This document shows, piece after piece, positions 37,580 to 48,708 of a DNA stretch of 64,000 nt; positions within the stretch are counted from its first letter, which is position 1, and every line of letters starts with the position of its first letter. The DNA is from Thermoanaerobaculia bacterium (GTDB taxonomy: Bacteria; Acidobacteriota; Thermoanaerobaculia; UBA5066). The stretch lies in NCBI GenBank assembly GCA_963719225.1, contig CAVRAY010000001.1:3072001-3136000 (forward strand), read 5' to 3'. A program made the translations under genes and the position numbers. Below the pieces are notes generated by a model, which saw only the letters and a program-made list of their open reading frames with translations, did not search any database and was not told where the DNA came from.

Positions 37580-38977
37580 GTGGAGAAGTTCGATCTGTTC
37601 GTCCTCGGCACGGGTCCGGCCGGGCAGCGCGCGGCCGTCCAGGCCGCGAAGCTCGGTAGGAAGGTCGGGATCTGCGAGAAGCGCGAGGTCGTGGGTGGCG
37701 TGTGCATCAACACGGGCACGATCCCCTCGAAGACGTTCCGTGAAGCGGTGCTCTACCTGTCGGGCTTTGCCCAGCGCGGGATGTACGGCGCGTCCTACTC
37801 CGTGAAGGAGAACATCACCGCGGAGGACCTCCTCTTCCGGTGCACGGCCGTCATCAAGCGCGAGATCGAGGTCATCCGCGCCCAGATGAGGAGAAACGGC
37901 GTCACGCTGGTCGCCGGAGCCGCGAAGTTCACGTCGCCCCACACGCTGACGGTGACCGGGCTCAAGGCCACGACGGAAGTCGAGGCGGACAAGATCGTGA
38001 TCGCGACGGGCACCCGGCCCGCGACACCGCCCGGCGTCGCCGTGGACGGCGAGACGATCCTGGATTCCGACGGCATCCTCGGTCTCAAGCTCCTCCCCCG
38101 AACCATGATCGTCGTCGGCGCCGGCGTCATCGGCGTCGAGTACGCGTCGATGTTCGCCGCCCTCGGGGTGGAGGTGACGCTCGTCGACAAGCGGCCGCGC
38201 CTTCTCGAGTTCGTGGACGGGGAGATCTCCGAGGCGCTCTCGTACGCGATGCGAAACATGAACTGCACGCTCCGCCTCGGCGAGGACGTCGCCGACGTGC
38301 GCGTCGAAGCCCCGCGCCGCGCCGTCGCCCTGCTCAAGAGCGGCAAGCGCATCGTCGCGGACCTCCTCCTCTACTCGATCGGCCGCATCGGGGCGACGGC
38401 CGAGCTCGATCTTCCGGCTGCCGGCCTCGCGGCCGACGAGCGCGGCCGGCTCACCGTGAATGCCAGCTACCAGACCGAGCAGCCGCACATCTACGCGGCG
38501 GGCGACATCATCGGTTTCCCCGCGCTCGCCTCCACGTCGCTCGAGCAGGGCCGGCTCGCAGCCTGCCACGCGTTCGGCTTCGCCTGCACGTCGATGCCGC
38601 ACCTGTACCCGATCGGCATCTACTCCATTCCCGAGCTCTCGATGGTGGGCAAGACCGAGGAAGAGCTCACGAAGGACGGCGTACCCTACGAGACGGGGCT
38701 CGCGCACTATCGCGAGATCGCGCGCGGCGCGATCCTCGGCGACGACACGGGTGTCCTCAAGATCCTCGTGCATCGCGAGACGCGCCAGCTCCTCGGCGTC
38801 CACATCTTCGGCACGGCCGCGACGGAGCTCGTCCACATCGGCCAGGCCTTCCTCGCGTTCAACGGGACGCTGGACGTGCTCGTCGAGACGGTTTTCAACT
38901 ACCCGACGTTCGCGGAGTGCTACAAGGTCGCGGCGCTCGACGCCTACAACAAGCTGGGGCCCAAAGCGCCGCCCTGA
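37580..38977 (+). CDS. sthA: Soluble pyridine nucleotide transhydrogenase
   Basis: GTGPAGQRAA, GGVCINTGTIPSKT (single Cys), GAGVIGVEYA, FNYPTFAECYKVAA. Confidence 0.93.
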   Translation: MEKFDLFVLGTGPAGQRAAVQAAKLGRKVGICEKREVVGGVCINTGTIPSKTFREAVLYLSGFAQRGMYGASYSVKENITAEDLLFRCTAVIKREIEVIRAQMRRNGVTLVAGAAKFTSPHTLTVTGLKATTEVEADKIVIATGTRPATPPGVAVDGETILDSDGILGLKLLPRTMIVVGAGVIGVEYASMFAALGVEVTLVDKRPRLLEFVDGEISEALSYAMRNMNCTLRLGEDVADVRVEAPRRAVALLKSGKRIVADLLLYSIGRIGATAELDLPAAGLAADERGRLTVNASYQTEQPHIYAAGDIIGFPALASTSLEQGRLAACHAFGFACTSMPHLYPIGIYSIPELSMVGKTEEELTKDGVPYETGLAHYREIARGAILGDDTGVLKILVHRETRQLLGVHIFGTAATELVHIGQAFLAFNGTLDVLVETVFNYPTFAECYKVAALDAYNKLGPKAPP

Positions 38978-38995
38978 CGCCTTCCGGTCAGATCT

Positions 38996-41900
38996 TCAGG
39001 CGGCGTGCCGAAGAAGCCTTGCGCCCGCGAAGGCGAGCGCGAGAACCAGGGCGAGGAGCGCCCATGTCGAGAGCGCGGGAACGCCGTTCAGAGACGCGAG
39101 GTCCGCCGTGCTCACGTTGTTCGTCCCGTCCGGATCGAACTCGTTCCCGGCCACCGTCGCGGTGTTCGTGACGGAGATGGCCGTGAGGCGGGGAAGCACC
39201 TGAACGAGAACGGTGGCGGAAGCGCCGTTCACGAGCGTCCCGATCGCGCACGTCACGGTGGACGTGCCGGAGCAGCTGCCCTGGGTCGTCGAGACGGACG
39301 AGAACGTCACGGTCGAAGGCAGCGGGTCGGTGAGAACGATGCCGGTCGCGGTCGAGGGCCCGTGGTTCGTGACGACGATCCGATACGTGAACACCTGCCC
39401 GACGACCAGGGGACCGCCTTCGATCGTCTTGGTGACCGAGACATCGGCTGCGACGGACGTGGAGACGCTGGCGGCATTGTTCGCCGGGTTCGGGTCAGGC
39501 GTGGTCGCGGAAACGGAGGCCGTGTTGGGGATCGGGCTAGGTGCCGTGTAGCCGGCCGGGATGTGGAACGTGACGGTGAGGGTGGCTGCCGCGCCCGACG
39601 CCAGGCTGCCGAGGCTGCACGGGAATCCCGTGCCGCATGCGCCGCCGCCCGGTACGAACGTCAGGTTCGTCGGCGTCGGGTCCGCGACGACGACGCCCGC
39701 GGCATCGGAGGGTCCGTTGTTCGTCACGACGAGCGTGTAGACGATGTTCGTCCCGGGCACTGCGGTCGCGGGCCCCGTCTTGACGATCGCGAGGTCGGCA
39801 GAGGAGCCGACGGGCACGACGTCGGTCGAGGAGTCGTTCGCCGGAGTGATGTCGCCGCCTCCCGCGACGGTCGCCGTATTCGAGAGGCTGGCGCCGGCCG
39901 ACTGGAGGACGTTGACGGTCACGGAGATCGAGGGCCAGGGAGGACCGATGGCGAGGGCGTCCGCTCGCGAGCACGAGACGTTTGGAGCGGCGACCGAGCA
40001 GGCCCAGCCCGTCCCGCTCGCGGCGATCGGCGTGAACCCCGCGGGAAGCGCATCCGTGACCGTCACCGCCCCGACCGTCGAGCCCGTCCCGACGTTCGAC
40101 ACCGTGAAAGAGAAGGTCCCCGTCGCGCCCCTGAGGAACGTGGCGGGCGCGTGCGTCTTGAGGATCGTGAGGTCCGCGACGACGCCGACGCCGCCCCCGG
40201 CGCTCGCGGTGTCGTTCGCCGGGTTCGGATCGAGCTCGATCTGTCCCGTCTTCGTCGCCGTGTTCGTGAAGGCGCCGGGCGAGAGCGCCGTGGCCGTGAG
40301 GGTGAGCGAGGCCGAGGCCCCGTTCGCGAGCGTGCCGACCGTCCAGACGCCCGTGGCGGAGACGTACGCCCCCTGCGACGCGACGAACGAGACGAAGCCG
40401 AGGTTCGCGGGGAGGACGTCCGTGACGACGACGCCGTTCGCGGTCGAAGGGCCGTTGTTCGTCGCCGTCACCGTGAACGTGAACGACTGGGCGACCTGCG
40501 GCGCGGGATTCGACACGGCCTTCAGGAGGCCGACGTCCGCCACCGGCACGACCGTGGTCTGGGCCGTGGCGATGTTGTCCGGGGGGTTCGGATCCGGCTC
40601 GCTCGCAGTGACGGTCGCCGTGTTCGTGACCGACGGAACTGCCGCCGCGGAGACCGCGACGACGATCGAGACCGCCGCGCTGTTGCCCGCGCCCAGCCCG
40701 CCGAGAGTGCACGTCACCGTCGCGGCGCCGCTGCAGGCGCCCTGGCTCGGCATGGCCGAGACGAACGAGACGGCAGCCGGGAGCGGGTCCGTGATCGTGA
40801 CGCCCGTCGCGTCGTTCGGCCCGCGGTTCGTCACGACCAGCGTGTACGTGAGGTTCTGGCCGGCGCGCACCGGGTCGGGCGAGTCGAGCTTGAGGAGGCC
40901 GAGATCCGCCTGCAGCAAGCCGCCGCCGCCCGCGACGACGCCCGCGACGGCGCTGTCGTTGGACGTGTTCGGGTCGAACTCGTTTTCGGCGGTCTTCGCC
41001 GCAGTATTCACGTACGAGCCCGCGGCCGTCACGTTCGCGACGAGAAGAAGCGTCACGGAGGCGCCGTTCGGAAGGCTGCCGATCGTCCAGACGCCCGCGG
41101 CGAAGCTCGTGCCCGCCGACGGCGTCGCGCTCACGAACGACAGGCCGGACGGGAGCACGTCGGTCACGGCGACGCCGGTCGCATTCGAGGGGCCCGCGTT
41201 GAGAACCGTCACGGTGAATGTGACGTTCGTGCCGACGAGGGGAGCCGCGACGTCCACGGTCTTGGCGACCTGGATGTCCGCGACGAGGGGCGGCCCGTTC
41301 ACGACGGCCGTGCCCGAGTTGTTGGACGGGTTCGGGTCGATCGCGTTCGAGGCCGTGACGGTCGCCGTGTTCGCGATCGTGCCGGCCTGCGTCACGGTCG
41401 CCGTGATCGTGAGCGTGGCCGACGCGTTGAGAACGAGGGCGCCGGCCGCCCAGATGCCCGTGGCCGAGGCGTACGCGCCCTGGGAGGCCGAGGCGGAGAC
41501 GAACGCCAGGCCCGACGGGAGGACGTCCGTCACGGCGATGCCGCTCGCGTCGCTCGGGCCGTCGTTCCGGAGCGTGACCGTGAACGTCACGTTCGTCCCG
41601 ACTGCGGGCACGGGGTTGCTCACGATCTTCGTCACTGCGAGGTCCGCGAGGCCGTCGGGCACGGAGACGTTCGCCGTGCTCGTGTTGTTCCCGGGGACCG
41701 GGTCGGGCGTCGTCGACGAGACGGTCGTGACGTTCGCGATCGGAGCCGGCTTCGGGTAGCCCGACGGGATCGCGTACGTGGACGTGATCGTGCGGACGGC
41801 GCCCGGCGAGAGCGTCCCGAGGCTGCATGGGAAAGCCGTGGCGCAGTCGCCCGCGTTCGAGACGAACGTGAGACCCGACGGCGTCGGGTCGGTCACGGCG

Positions 41901-44900
41901 ACGGCCTGCGCGTCGGATGGGCCGTTGTTCGTGACGACCGTCGTGAAGACGAGGTCCGCGCCACCCGGCACCGCCGTCGCGGGGCCGGTCTTCGTGATCA
42001 CGAGGTCCGCCGAGGGCTGGGCCGTTCCCGAGGTCGTCGACGAGTTGTTCAGCGGGTCCGGGTCGGGGGTCGTCGAGGTGACGGCCGCCGTGTTCGCGAT
42101 CGAGTCGCCCGAAAGCACCGCCGCATCCACGTGAACGACGAGGGTGAAGGCTCCGGAGGCAAGAGGCGCGAGCGTCGCGTTCGAGCAGGACACGGTGCCG
42201 GAGGCGCCGACCGCGGGCGTCGAGCACGACCAGCCGCCGGGCGAGGTGAGAGAGACGAAGGTGGTTCCCGGGGGCAGCGTGTCCGTCAGCGAGACCGCCG
42301 TCGCCGTGGACGGACCGGCATTCGTCACGGTGATCGAATACGTCGCGTCCTGGCCGGGCACGAGCGTCCCGGGCCCCGTCTTGACGACCTGCATGTCGGC
42401 CTGGGGCGTGAGCGTGTCGGTGTCCGTAGAGGTATTGTTGCCGGTGTTCGGATCGAAGGTCCCGGCCGGCGTCGTGACCGTCGCGGTGTTCACGAGCGAG
42501 CCCATCGCCGACGGGCTGATCGAGGCGACGACGGTGAACGTCGCCGAACCCCCGGCGAGGAGCGACACGGCCGTGTTGATGCTGTTCACGCCGGCCGGCG
42601 CCGCGCAGCTTGAGCCGCCCGTCGGAGCGCAGCTCCAGGTCGCCGAAGAGATCGCGGGAGACGGCAACGCGTCGACGACGGGAGCATTCACGACCGCGCT
42701 CGGGCCCGCGTTCGAGACCACGATCGTGTATGTCGTCGTCGTCCCCGGGACGACGGTCGGAACGCCGTCCGTCTTCGTGATCGAGAGGTCGGCTTCGAGG
42801 ACGTCGAGGTGGGCGCTCGTCCCGGCCGGGTTCGATCCGATCGTCGTGACGAGCGCGCCCACGGGAATCACGTTGTCGTAGCCGCCCGGGACCGCCGACG
42901 TCACGGGGACGGTGATCGTGCAGCCCGCCGCCGGAATCGAAGCGCCGCTCTTGTACGTGACGCTCGAACCACCGGCCGCCGCCACGACGTTCACCGCGGC
43001 ACAGGTCCCCCCGATGGTCGCCGGCGTGCCGAGGACGAGATTCGGCGGCAGCGTGTCGACGAAGTCGGCCGCCAGGGTCAGCGCGACCGCGTTCGTGTTC
43101 CCGAGCGTCAGGGTCAGGGTCGAGCTGGCCCCGAGCGGAATGGACGTCGGGGAGAACGACTTCAGGACGCTCGGGAGCGCGAGGACCTGGAGAGTGGCCG
43201 TGCCCGCGACCGTGTTGTTCCCGACGGTGGTCTGGACCGCGCCGATGGGGATGGTGTTCACGTAGGAGCGGACGGTCGAGGAGGTCACGTCGACCTGGAT
43301 CGAGCAGACGCCGAGCGCGGGCAGGCCTCCCCCGCTCAGGTACGTCACGGTCGTCGCGCCGGCGTTCGCCACGACGCTCGCCGCCGTGCAGCCCGCGCCG
43401 AGGAGGAGATTCGCCGGCGTCGCGATGACGAGACCGGGCCCCGGGAACGTGTCCACGAGATTGGCGGTCAGGGTCGCAGCGGTCAGGTTTCCGTTCGAGA
43501 TCGTGAGCGTGAACCTCGAGATGCCGCCTGCGCCGATGACGGCCGGCACGAAGGACTTGGCGACGCTCGGAGGCTGAAATGGGTTGACGAACAGGCGGTC
43601 GGTGGCGGTTGCCGCGTTGTTTCCGCCGCTCGTCTGCAGCGCGTTCGGCAGGATCGTGTTCGTGTAGGGGCCGCCCGGCGCCGTGGACGTCACGTCCACG
43701 ACCACGACGCAGCCGCCCGCCGGGATGCTGCCGCCCGTCAGCGTGACGCTCGCCGCTCCCGTCGACACGGCGCCGCCCGTGCACGTCGTGGAGGCGTTCG
43801 GGCTCGCGGCCACGAAGACGTTGGGGGGAAGGTTGTCCGTCAGCGGGACCGACAGGGTGAGCGCCGAGGCGTTCGCGTTGCCGAGCGTGATCGTCAGCGT
43901 CGACGTCCCGCCCGGGTTGATCGTCCCGGGACTGAAGGACTTCAGGACCGTGGGCGGCGTGAGCGCCTTCACGACGAGGCCCGCCGTCGCCGGCTGGGTC
44001 GGGCTTCCGGCGTCCGTCACGAGCGCGCCAGCGGCGATCAGGTTGGTGTACGAGCCGACCGTGGACGACGTGACGTCCACGATGATCGTGCAGACGCCGA
44101 ACGGGATCGCCGAGCCCGAGGCGTACCGCACGAGGCTCGCGGCCGCCGTGATGGTGCCGGGACATGTCCCGCGGACGTTCGGGATGGCCGCGACGGTGAC
44201 GCCGGCGGGCAGGTTGTCGTCGAGACTGCTCGTGAGCGTCAGCGCCGCGCCGTTCGGGTTCCCGAGCGTGATCGTCAGGGCGGAGATGTCGCCCGTGAAG
44301 ATCGTGGATGGCGCGAAGGTCTTGGACATCGTCGGGGGCACCGGGGACGCGACGCCGAGGCTCGCGGTGGCGGGCTGCTGGTTGAAACCGGCTGTCGTCG
44401 AGAGCTGCCCGGCCGCGATCAGGTTCGTGTAGACGCCGGGCGTCGCGGACGTGACGTCTACCTCGATCGTGCAGCCACCCGCCGGGATCGACGAGCCGTT
44501 CGCCCAGGTGATGAAGGTCGACCCCGCGGCCGCGGTGACGAGGCCGGGGCAGGTCTGGACGACATTCGGCGCCGCGGCGACGAAGACGTTCCCCGGCAGG
44601 GCATCCGTGAACAGAGCCGAGAGCGTGATGGCTGCGGCGTTCGGATTGCCGAACGTGATCGTGAGCTTCGACGTCGCACCCGCCGCGATGGTCACCGGAG
44701 TGAACGACTTGCTCACCGTGGGCGGGGAATTCACGGTGAGCGTCGCCGTCGCACCGCCCAGGTTCGTCAGCCCCTCGTTCGTGACGATGGTGCTCCCCCC
44801 GATGCTGTTGATGTAGACGCCCGGCGTGTTCGAGACGACGGTCGCGAGGAACGTGCAGTTGCCGCCCGCCGCGATCGTCGCGCCGGTCACGGAGAGTGTG

Positions 44901-47900
44901 CCGCCGCCGGCCACGGCCGTCACGACGCCGCCCCCCGCCGTCGCGCAGGTGCCGCCCGCCGCGGGCGTCGTCGCGATCGCAACGCCCGCCGGGAGCGTGT
45001 CGGTGAGGGAGACGCCCGTGATCGGAATCGTCGCGCCGTTCGTGACCGTGACGGTCAGGACGGTCGTCTGCCCCGGGTTGCGCGTCGTGTTCGTGAACGC
45101 CTTGGCGACCGTGGGACGGGCGACGACGAAGAGCGTCGCGGTCGCGGCCGACTGGTTCGGGATCCCCTCGTCCGTCGTGACGGCGTTCGCCGGGATCGTG
45201 TTGTTGTACGCGCCCAGCACGTTCGCGACGACGTCGACCGTGATCGAGCAGCTCGTCCCGGGCGTGATCGTGCCGAGCGTGATCGTCACGAGGCCGTTGG
45301 ACCCGCCGTTCGAGGTCGCGACGGCCGCGAGGCCGCCCGGTCCCGTCCCGGCGCAGTCGGTCGTCGCGTTCGGCGTGGCGGCGATGAAGAGCCCGTTGGG
45401 AAGCGTGTCCGTGAACGTGACGCCGTGAAGCGTGAGGGGCGTCGGCGCGTTCGGGTCGAACGAGCTCACGAGGCTCATCGTCAGCTTCGAGACCTGCGCG
45501 GGAATGACGTAGGCGGGCGAGAACGCCTTCAGGACGTTCAGCCCCTGCAGCGTGGAGAGCGTCGCGGAGGTTCCCGTCGGGTTCGTGTAGCCCTGGGCGC
45601 TCACGATCGCGCCGGCCGGAATCGTGTTCGTGAGGTTCAGAAACCGCGTCGACGTCGTCGTGACGGTCACGCGGCACGTCGTCGAGGCGGGGAGCGAGGC
45701 CCCCGTCAGCCGCACCATTCCGTCGCCGGGAATCGCGGTCACGATGCCGCCCGCGCACGTCGTCGACGCGCTTGGCACGGAATAGATCTCGATGCCGACG
45801 GGGAACGTGTCCGTGAAGCCGACGCCCGTCATCGTGATCAATGAGGGGTTGATGACGTCGATCTGGAGGATCGAGGGCTGGCCGCCCGTCACGACGACGG
45901 GATTGAACGACTTGTTGATGTTGATCTGCGCGGCCGCGACGGTCAGGGTCGCCGCGACGGCGGCGGTGTTCGCGGCGCCCTCGGCGCTCGTGATCCTTCC
46001 GATCGGAACGGAGTTGCTCCAGGGGCCCGCGCCGCTCGTCACGGCGTCGAAGGAGAAGTCGCACGCCCCGCCCGCGGCGAGCGTCGCGCCGAGGAGCTGG
46101 GCGCGCGTCGCCCCGGGGTTGACGACCATCGTGGGCGAGCCGGCGCAATTCGTCGCGGGGTTCGCGGGATTCGCCACGCTGAGGCCGGCGCTGAACGTGT
46201 TGTCGTCGACGGAGACGTTCGTCAGGACGCCGCTGGACGTGTTGCTGACCGTGATCCTCACGCGCGAGACGCCTCCGGACGCGACCGACGCCGGCGTGAA
46301 CGTCTTCGCCCCCGACAGGCCCGTGTTGATCGTGAGGATCGCCTGGACCGCCGCGGGAATCGAGACGCCTTCGTTGCTCGTGAATTGCGCGGGGGTGATG
46401 ATGTTGGTCTTCGCGCCGAGCGCCGTTCCCGTCACGCGCACCGAGATCGCGCAGCTCGAATCCTGCGAGGCGATCGGCCGGGCCGCCACCGTCCCCCCCG
46501 TCAGGATGACGACCGTATCGTTCGGGAAGGCCTGGAGCGAGCCGCCGCACGTATTCGTCGGGGTCGGGTTCGCCGCGAGCGTGACGCCCGCGGGCAGGTT
46601 GTCCGTGAGCGAGACGCCGGTAAGGGGGACGACCGTGCGGTTGAAGAGCGTGATCGTGAGCGTCGAGATCTGGCCCTGCGCGATCGCCGCGGGCGCGAAC
46701 GTCTTCGTGACGGCGCCGGACGCGATGGTGACGACGTTGACGCTCGAGGCGTTGACGTTCCCGACGCCGCCGGCGGGTCCCGTTCCGGTGATGCTGCCCA
46801 GCGGGATCGTGTTCGTGAACGTCACGCCGACCGTCGTCGTCGCGGGGAGCTGGGCCCAGATGTTGATGGTGCACACGCCCGGGCTTGCGCCCACGCCCGC
46901 CACTATGGTGCCGCCCGTCCAGAGGAGCCCCGCGTCCGCGGCGGTCGGCGCCACGCCCGTGCTGACTCCGGCGGCGTTCGTGCCGGTGAACGTGCCCCCG
47001 GTGCAGCCCGCGTTCGCCGTGAAGAACCCGCTCCCGGCGTCGAAGAGAGTCATCTGGAACGTCGAGGCGCTCGGGAGGACGTCCCGGAACGTGACGCTCG
47101 TGACCGGACCGCCCGAGAAGTTGCTGATCGCCACGGTGAACCGGGTCCACTGCCCGGGCGCGACGTTCGCGAGCGCGACGGACTTGGCGACAGTGAGCTG
47201 CGCGTTCGCCGTGAGCACGGCCGTGACCGGCCCGGGGCTCGCGTGATTGTTCGGATTGACGACCGCGTTCGCGGGGATCGTGTTCGTGTGTGCGCCGTCG
47301 AACGTCGACGTCAGGGAAGCCGTGATCGTGCAGTTTCCCCCGGGGCCAGCCCTGGCGCCCGTGAGGGTGATCGTCTGGTCGAGGAGGTTCGCGGGGGCCG
47401 AGAGCGTGCCGTTCACCGCGCCCGTGCCCGTGCAGACGACGACCGGGTTCGGCGCGACCGGCACGCTCGCGGAATTCATGATCTTGAGGGTCGTGCCGGT
47501 CAGGTTGTCCGCGAAGCTCGTGATGTCGAGCGCGTTCGCAGTGCTCGCGTTGCTGATCCGGAGCGTCATGACCGAGGGCTGGCCGGCCGGAATGTTCGGG
47601 GTGGCGAAGCTCTTCGTCACGCCGATCGGCGTATTGACGTTGAGGCTCCGGCTGAATCCCGGGCTCGTGAGCCCGCGCGTGTTGCCGATCGCCCCGGCGC
47701 CGAGGACGTTGTTGAAGGCCTGCGTCGTGCCCGAGATCGACGGCACGGTCACTCTCACGACGATCGTGCACGTGCCGCTCTGGCCGATCGTGCCGCCGGC
47801 GAGCGTCACGGCCGTGTCGTTCGGGGCGGGCGCCGGCGAGAGCGCGCCGTTCACGGCGCTCGTCCCGGCGCAGCTCGTGGAGGCGCCCGTGGGGTTCGCG

Positions 47901-48625
47901 ACGACCATCCCCGCCGGGAACGTGTCGGTGAAGCTCGTGAGAGGAATCGTCGCACCCGCGTTCGGGTTCGTGAGGGTGATCGTGAGGGTGACGGGATCGC
48001 CCGCGATGGCGGGCGACGGCACGAAGACCTTGTTCCCCGTCGGGTTGCTCATGGTGTTGACCGAAAGCGTCGCGCTCGCGGGCGTCGAGTTGAAGACCGG
48101 AACGCCGTTCTCCTTCGCCGTGTAGCCGCTCGTCGTCGCGTCAGGAATCGTATTCGCCGGAATCACCGCGACGTGGTTCCCGGTCGTCGTCGCCGTGACG
48201 TCGATCTGGAAGAAGCACTGCCCGTCGACGGCGCCGGTTCCCGCGGGAATCGTGCCGGCCGTCAGGAACACCGTGGACGTGCCCGGGGTCGCCCCGCTCA
48301 CCGTGAAACCGCACGAGTTGGAGATGTTCGGCGGGTTCGCGATCGTGACGGCGGCCGGGAGGACCTCCGTCACGGCCGCCTCGGTCAGGGGAACGACCGA
48401 GCTGTTCGCGATCGTGATGCGGTACTGCGAGATGTCGCCCGGGTTGATCGTGGCCGGGGTGAACTGATGGTTGATGGTCGTGGAGGCGAAGGCCGTGGCC
48501 GACGCGAGGGCGGCCGCCACGGCGAGGGCGCGGACCGCGAGGCGGCCGCACGCCCACTCGCGGCATGAGGCGCCACGGGAACGCGGCTCCGCGCTCCGTT
48601 CGTTTCCAGTGCGCAGGATTCCCAC
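38996..48625 (-). CDS. Giant (3209 aa) repeat surface protein with DUF11-type Ig-like repeats and IPTL-CTERM-like sorting signal
   Basis: Signal peptide; many K.F.P..I..G..S.LTITL.N repeats followed by ADL.I.KT...Y/FT.TVTN.GPS.A DUF11 repeats; C-terminal VPALSTWALLALVLALAFAGARLLR. Confidence 0.92.
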   Translation of the reverse strand: MGILRTGNERSAEPRSRGASCREWACGRLAVRALAVAAALASATAFASTTINHQFTPATINPGDISQYRITIANSSVVPLTEAAVTEVLPAAVTIANPPNISNSCGFTVSGATPGTSTVFLTAGTIPAGTGAVDGQCFFQIDVTATTTGNHVAVIPANTIPDATTSGYTAKENGVPVFNSTPASATLSVNTMSNPTGNKVFVPSPAIAGDPVTLTITLTNPNAGATIPLTSFTDTFPAGMVVANPTGASTSCAGTSAVNGALSPAPAPNDTAVTLAGGTIGQSGTCTIVVRVTVPSISGTTQAFNNVLGAGAIGNTRGLTSPGFSRSLNVNTPIGVTKSFATPNIPAGQPSVMTLRISNASTANALDITSFADNLTGTTLKIMNSASVPVAPNPVVVCTGTGAVNGTLSAPANLLDQTITLTGARAGPGGNCTITASLTSTFDGAHTNTIPANAVVNPNNHASPGPVTAVLTANAQLTVAKSVALANVAPGQWTRFTVAISNFSGGPVTSVTFRDVLPSASTFQMTLFDAGSGFFTANAGCTGGTFTGTNAAGVSTGVAPTAADAGLLWTGGTIVAGVGASPGVCTINIWAQLPATTTVGVTFTNTIPLGSITGTGPAGGVGNVNASSVNVVTIASGAVTKTFAPAAIAQGQISTLTITLFNRTVVPLTGVSLTDNLPAGVTLAANPTPTNTCGGSLQAFPNDTVVILTGGTVAARPIASQDSSCAISVRVTGTALGAKTNIITPAQFTSNEGVSIPAAVQAILTINTGLSGAKTFTPASVASGGVSRVRITVSNTSSGVLTNVSVDDNTFSAGLSVANPANPATNCAGSPTMVVNPGATRAQLLGATLAAGGACDFSFDAVTSGAGPWSNSVPIGRITSAEGAANTAAVAATLTVAAAQININKSFNPVVVTGGQPSILQIDVINPSLITMTGVGFTDTFPVGIEIYSVPSASTTCAGGIVTAIPGDGMVRLTGASLPASTTCRVTVTTTSTRFLNLTNTIPAGAIVSAQGYTNPTGTSATLSTLQGLNVLKAFSPAYVIPAQVSKLTMSLVSSFDPNAPTPLTLHGVTFTDTLPNGLFIAATPNATTDCAGTGPGGLAAVATSNGGSNGLVTITLGTITPGTSCSITVDVVANVLGAYNNTIPANAVTTDEGIPNQSAATATLFVVARPTVAKAFTNTTRNPGQTTVLTVTVTNGATIPITGVSLTDTLPAGVAIATTPAAGGTCATAGGGVVTAVAGGGTLSVTGATIAAGGNCTFLATVVSNTPGVYINSIGGSTIVTNEGLTNLGGATATLTVNSPPTVSKSFTPVTIAAGATSKLTITFGNPNAAAITLSALFTDALPGNVFVAAAPNVVQTCPGLVTAAAGSTFITWANGSSIPAGGCTIEVDVTSATPGVYTNLIAAGQLSTTAGFNQQPATASLGVASPVPPTMSKTFAPSTIFTGDISALTITLGNPNGAALTLTSSLDDNLPAGVTVAAIPNVRGTCPGTITAAASLVRYASGSAIPFGVCTIIVDVTSSTVGSYTNLIAAGALVTDAGSPTQPATAGLVVKALTPPTVLKSFSPGTINPGGTSTLTITLGNANASALTLSVPLTDNLPPNVFVAASPNASTTCTGGAVSTGAASVTLTGGSIPAGGCVVVVDVTSTAPGGPYTNTILPNALQTSGGNNAATATDRLFVNPFQPPSVAKSFVPAVIGAGGISRFTLTISNGNLTAATLTANLVDTFPGPGLVIATPANLLLGAGCTAASVVANAGATTVTYLSGGGLPALGVCSIQVDVTSSTVRSYVNTIPIGAVQTTVGNNTVAGTATLQVLALPSVLKSFSPTSIPLGASSTLTLTLGNTNAVALTLAADFVDTLPPNLVLGTPATIGGTCAAVNVVAAAGGSSVTYKSGASIPAAGCTITVPVTSAVPGGYDNVIPVGALVTTIGSNPAGTSAHLDVLEADLSITKTDGVPTVVPGTTTTYTIVVSNAGPSAVVNAPVVDALPSPAISSATWSCAPTGGSSCAAPAGVNSINTAVSLLAGGSATFTVVASISPSAMGSLVNTATVTTPAGTFDPNTGNNTSTDTDTLTPQADMQVVKTGPGTLVPGQDATYSITVTNAGPSTATAVSLTDTLPPGTTFVSLTSPGGWSCSTPAVGASGTVSCSNATLAPLASGAFTLVVHVDAAVLSGDSIANTAAVTSTTPDPDPLNNSSTTSGTAQPSADLVITKTGPATAVPGGADLVFTTVVTNNGPSDAQAVAVTDPTPSGLTFVSNAGDCATAFPCSLGTLSPGAVRTITSTYAIPSGYPKPAPIANVTTVSSTTPDPVPGNNTSTANVSVPDGLADLAVTKIVSNPVPAVGTNVTFTVTLRNDGPSDASGIAVTDVLPSGLAFVSASASQGAYASATGIWAAGALVLNASATLTITATVTQAGTIANTATVTASNAIDPNPSNNSGTAVVNGPPLVADIQVAKTVDVAAPLVGTNVTFTVTVLNAGPSNATGVAVTDVLPSGLSFVSATPSAGTSFAAGVWTIGSLPNGASVTLLLVANVTAAGSYVNTAAKTAENEFDPNTSNDSAVAGVVAGGGGLLQADLGLLKLDSPDPVRAGQNLTYTLVVTNRGPNDATGVTITDPLPAAVSFVSAMPSQGACSGAATVTCTLGGLGAGNSAAVSIVVAVSAAAVPSVTNTATVTASEPDPNPPDNIATAQTTVVPVADVGLLKAVSNPAPQVAQSFTFTVTATNNGPSTANGVVVTDVLPANLGFVSFVASQGAYVSATGVWTVGTLANGASASLTLTATALSPGAFTNTATKTGQIELDPNPANDTASAGGGVGVVADLTILKTHAPATFLRGATGTFSFTVSNVGTGSTVGAVTVTDALPAGFTPIAASGTGWACSVAAPNVSCSRADALAIGPPWPSISVTVNVLQSAGASLSNTATVAGGGDITPANDSSTDVVPVGSSADLAIVKTGPATAVPGTNIVYTLVVTNNGPSDAAGVVVADPTPTNLTFVPGGGACGTGFPCSLGSLASGAAATLTVTFHIPAGYTAPSPIPNTASVSATTPDPNPANNAASVSTSVAADVSVTKTIEGGPLVVGQVFTYRIVVTNHGPSTATGIVLTDPLPSTVTFSSVSTTQGSCSGTSTVTCAIGTLVNGASATVLVQVLPRLTAISVTNTATVAGNEFDPDGTNNVSTADLASLNGVPALSTWALLALVLALAFAGARLLRHAA

Positions 48626-48708
48626 GAAAGGACATACAGACTACGCGCGACCCGACGCGAACTCAAGGATACGTGTGAATCAGGCGGGATGCAGGCTTGG
48701 AAAAACCT

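Noticed and set aside
39005-48568. Very long alternative ORFs (39537-47771 minus; 39005-42613 and 42809-45844 plus)
   Set aside because: They are Arg/Gly-rich off-frame or antisense shadows of the 3209-aa protein with no recognisable motifs.
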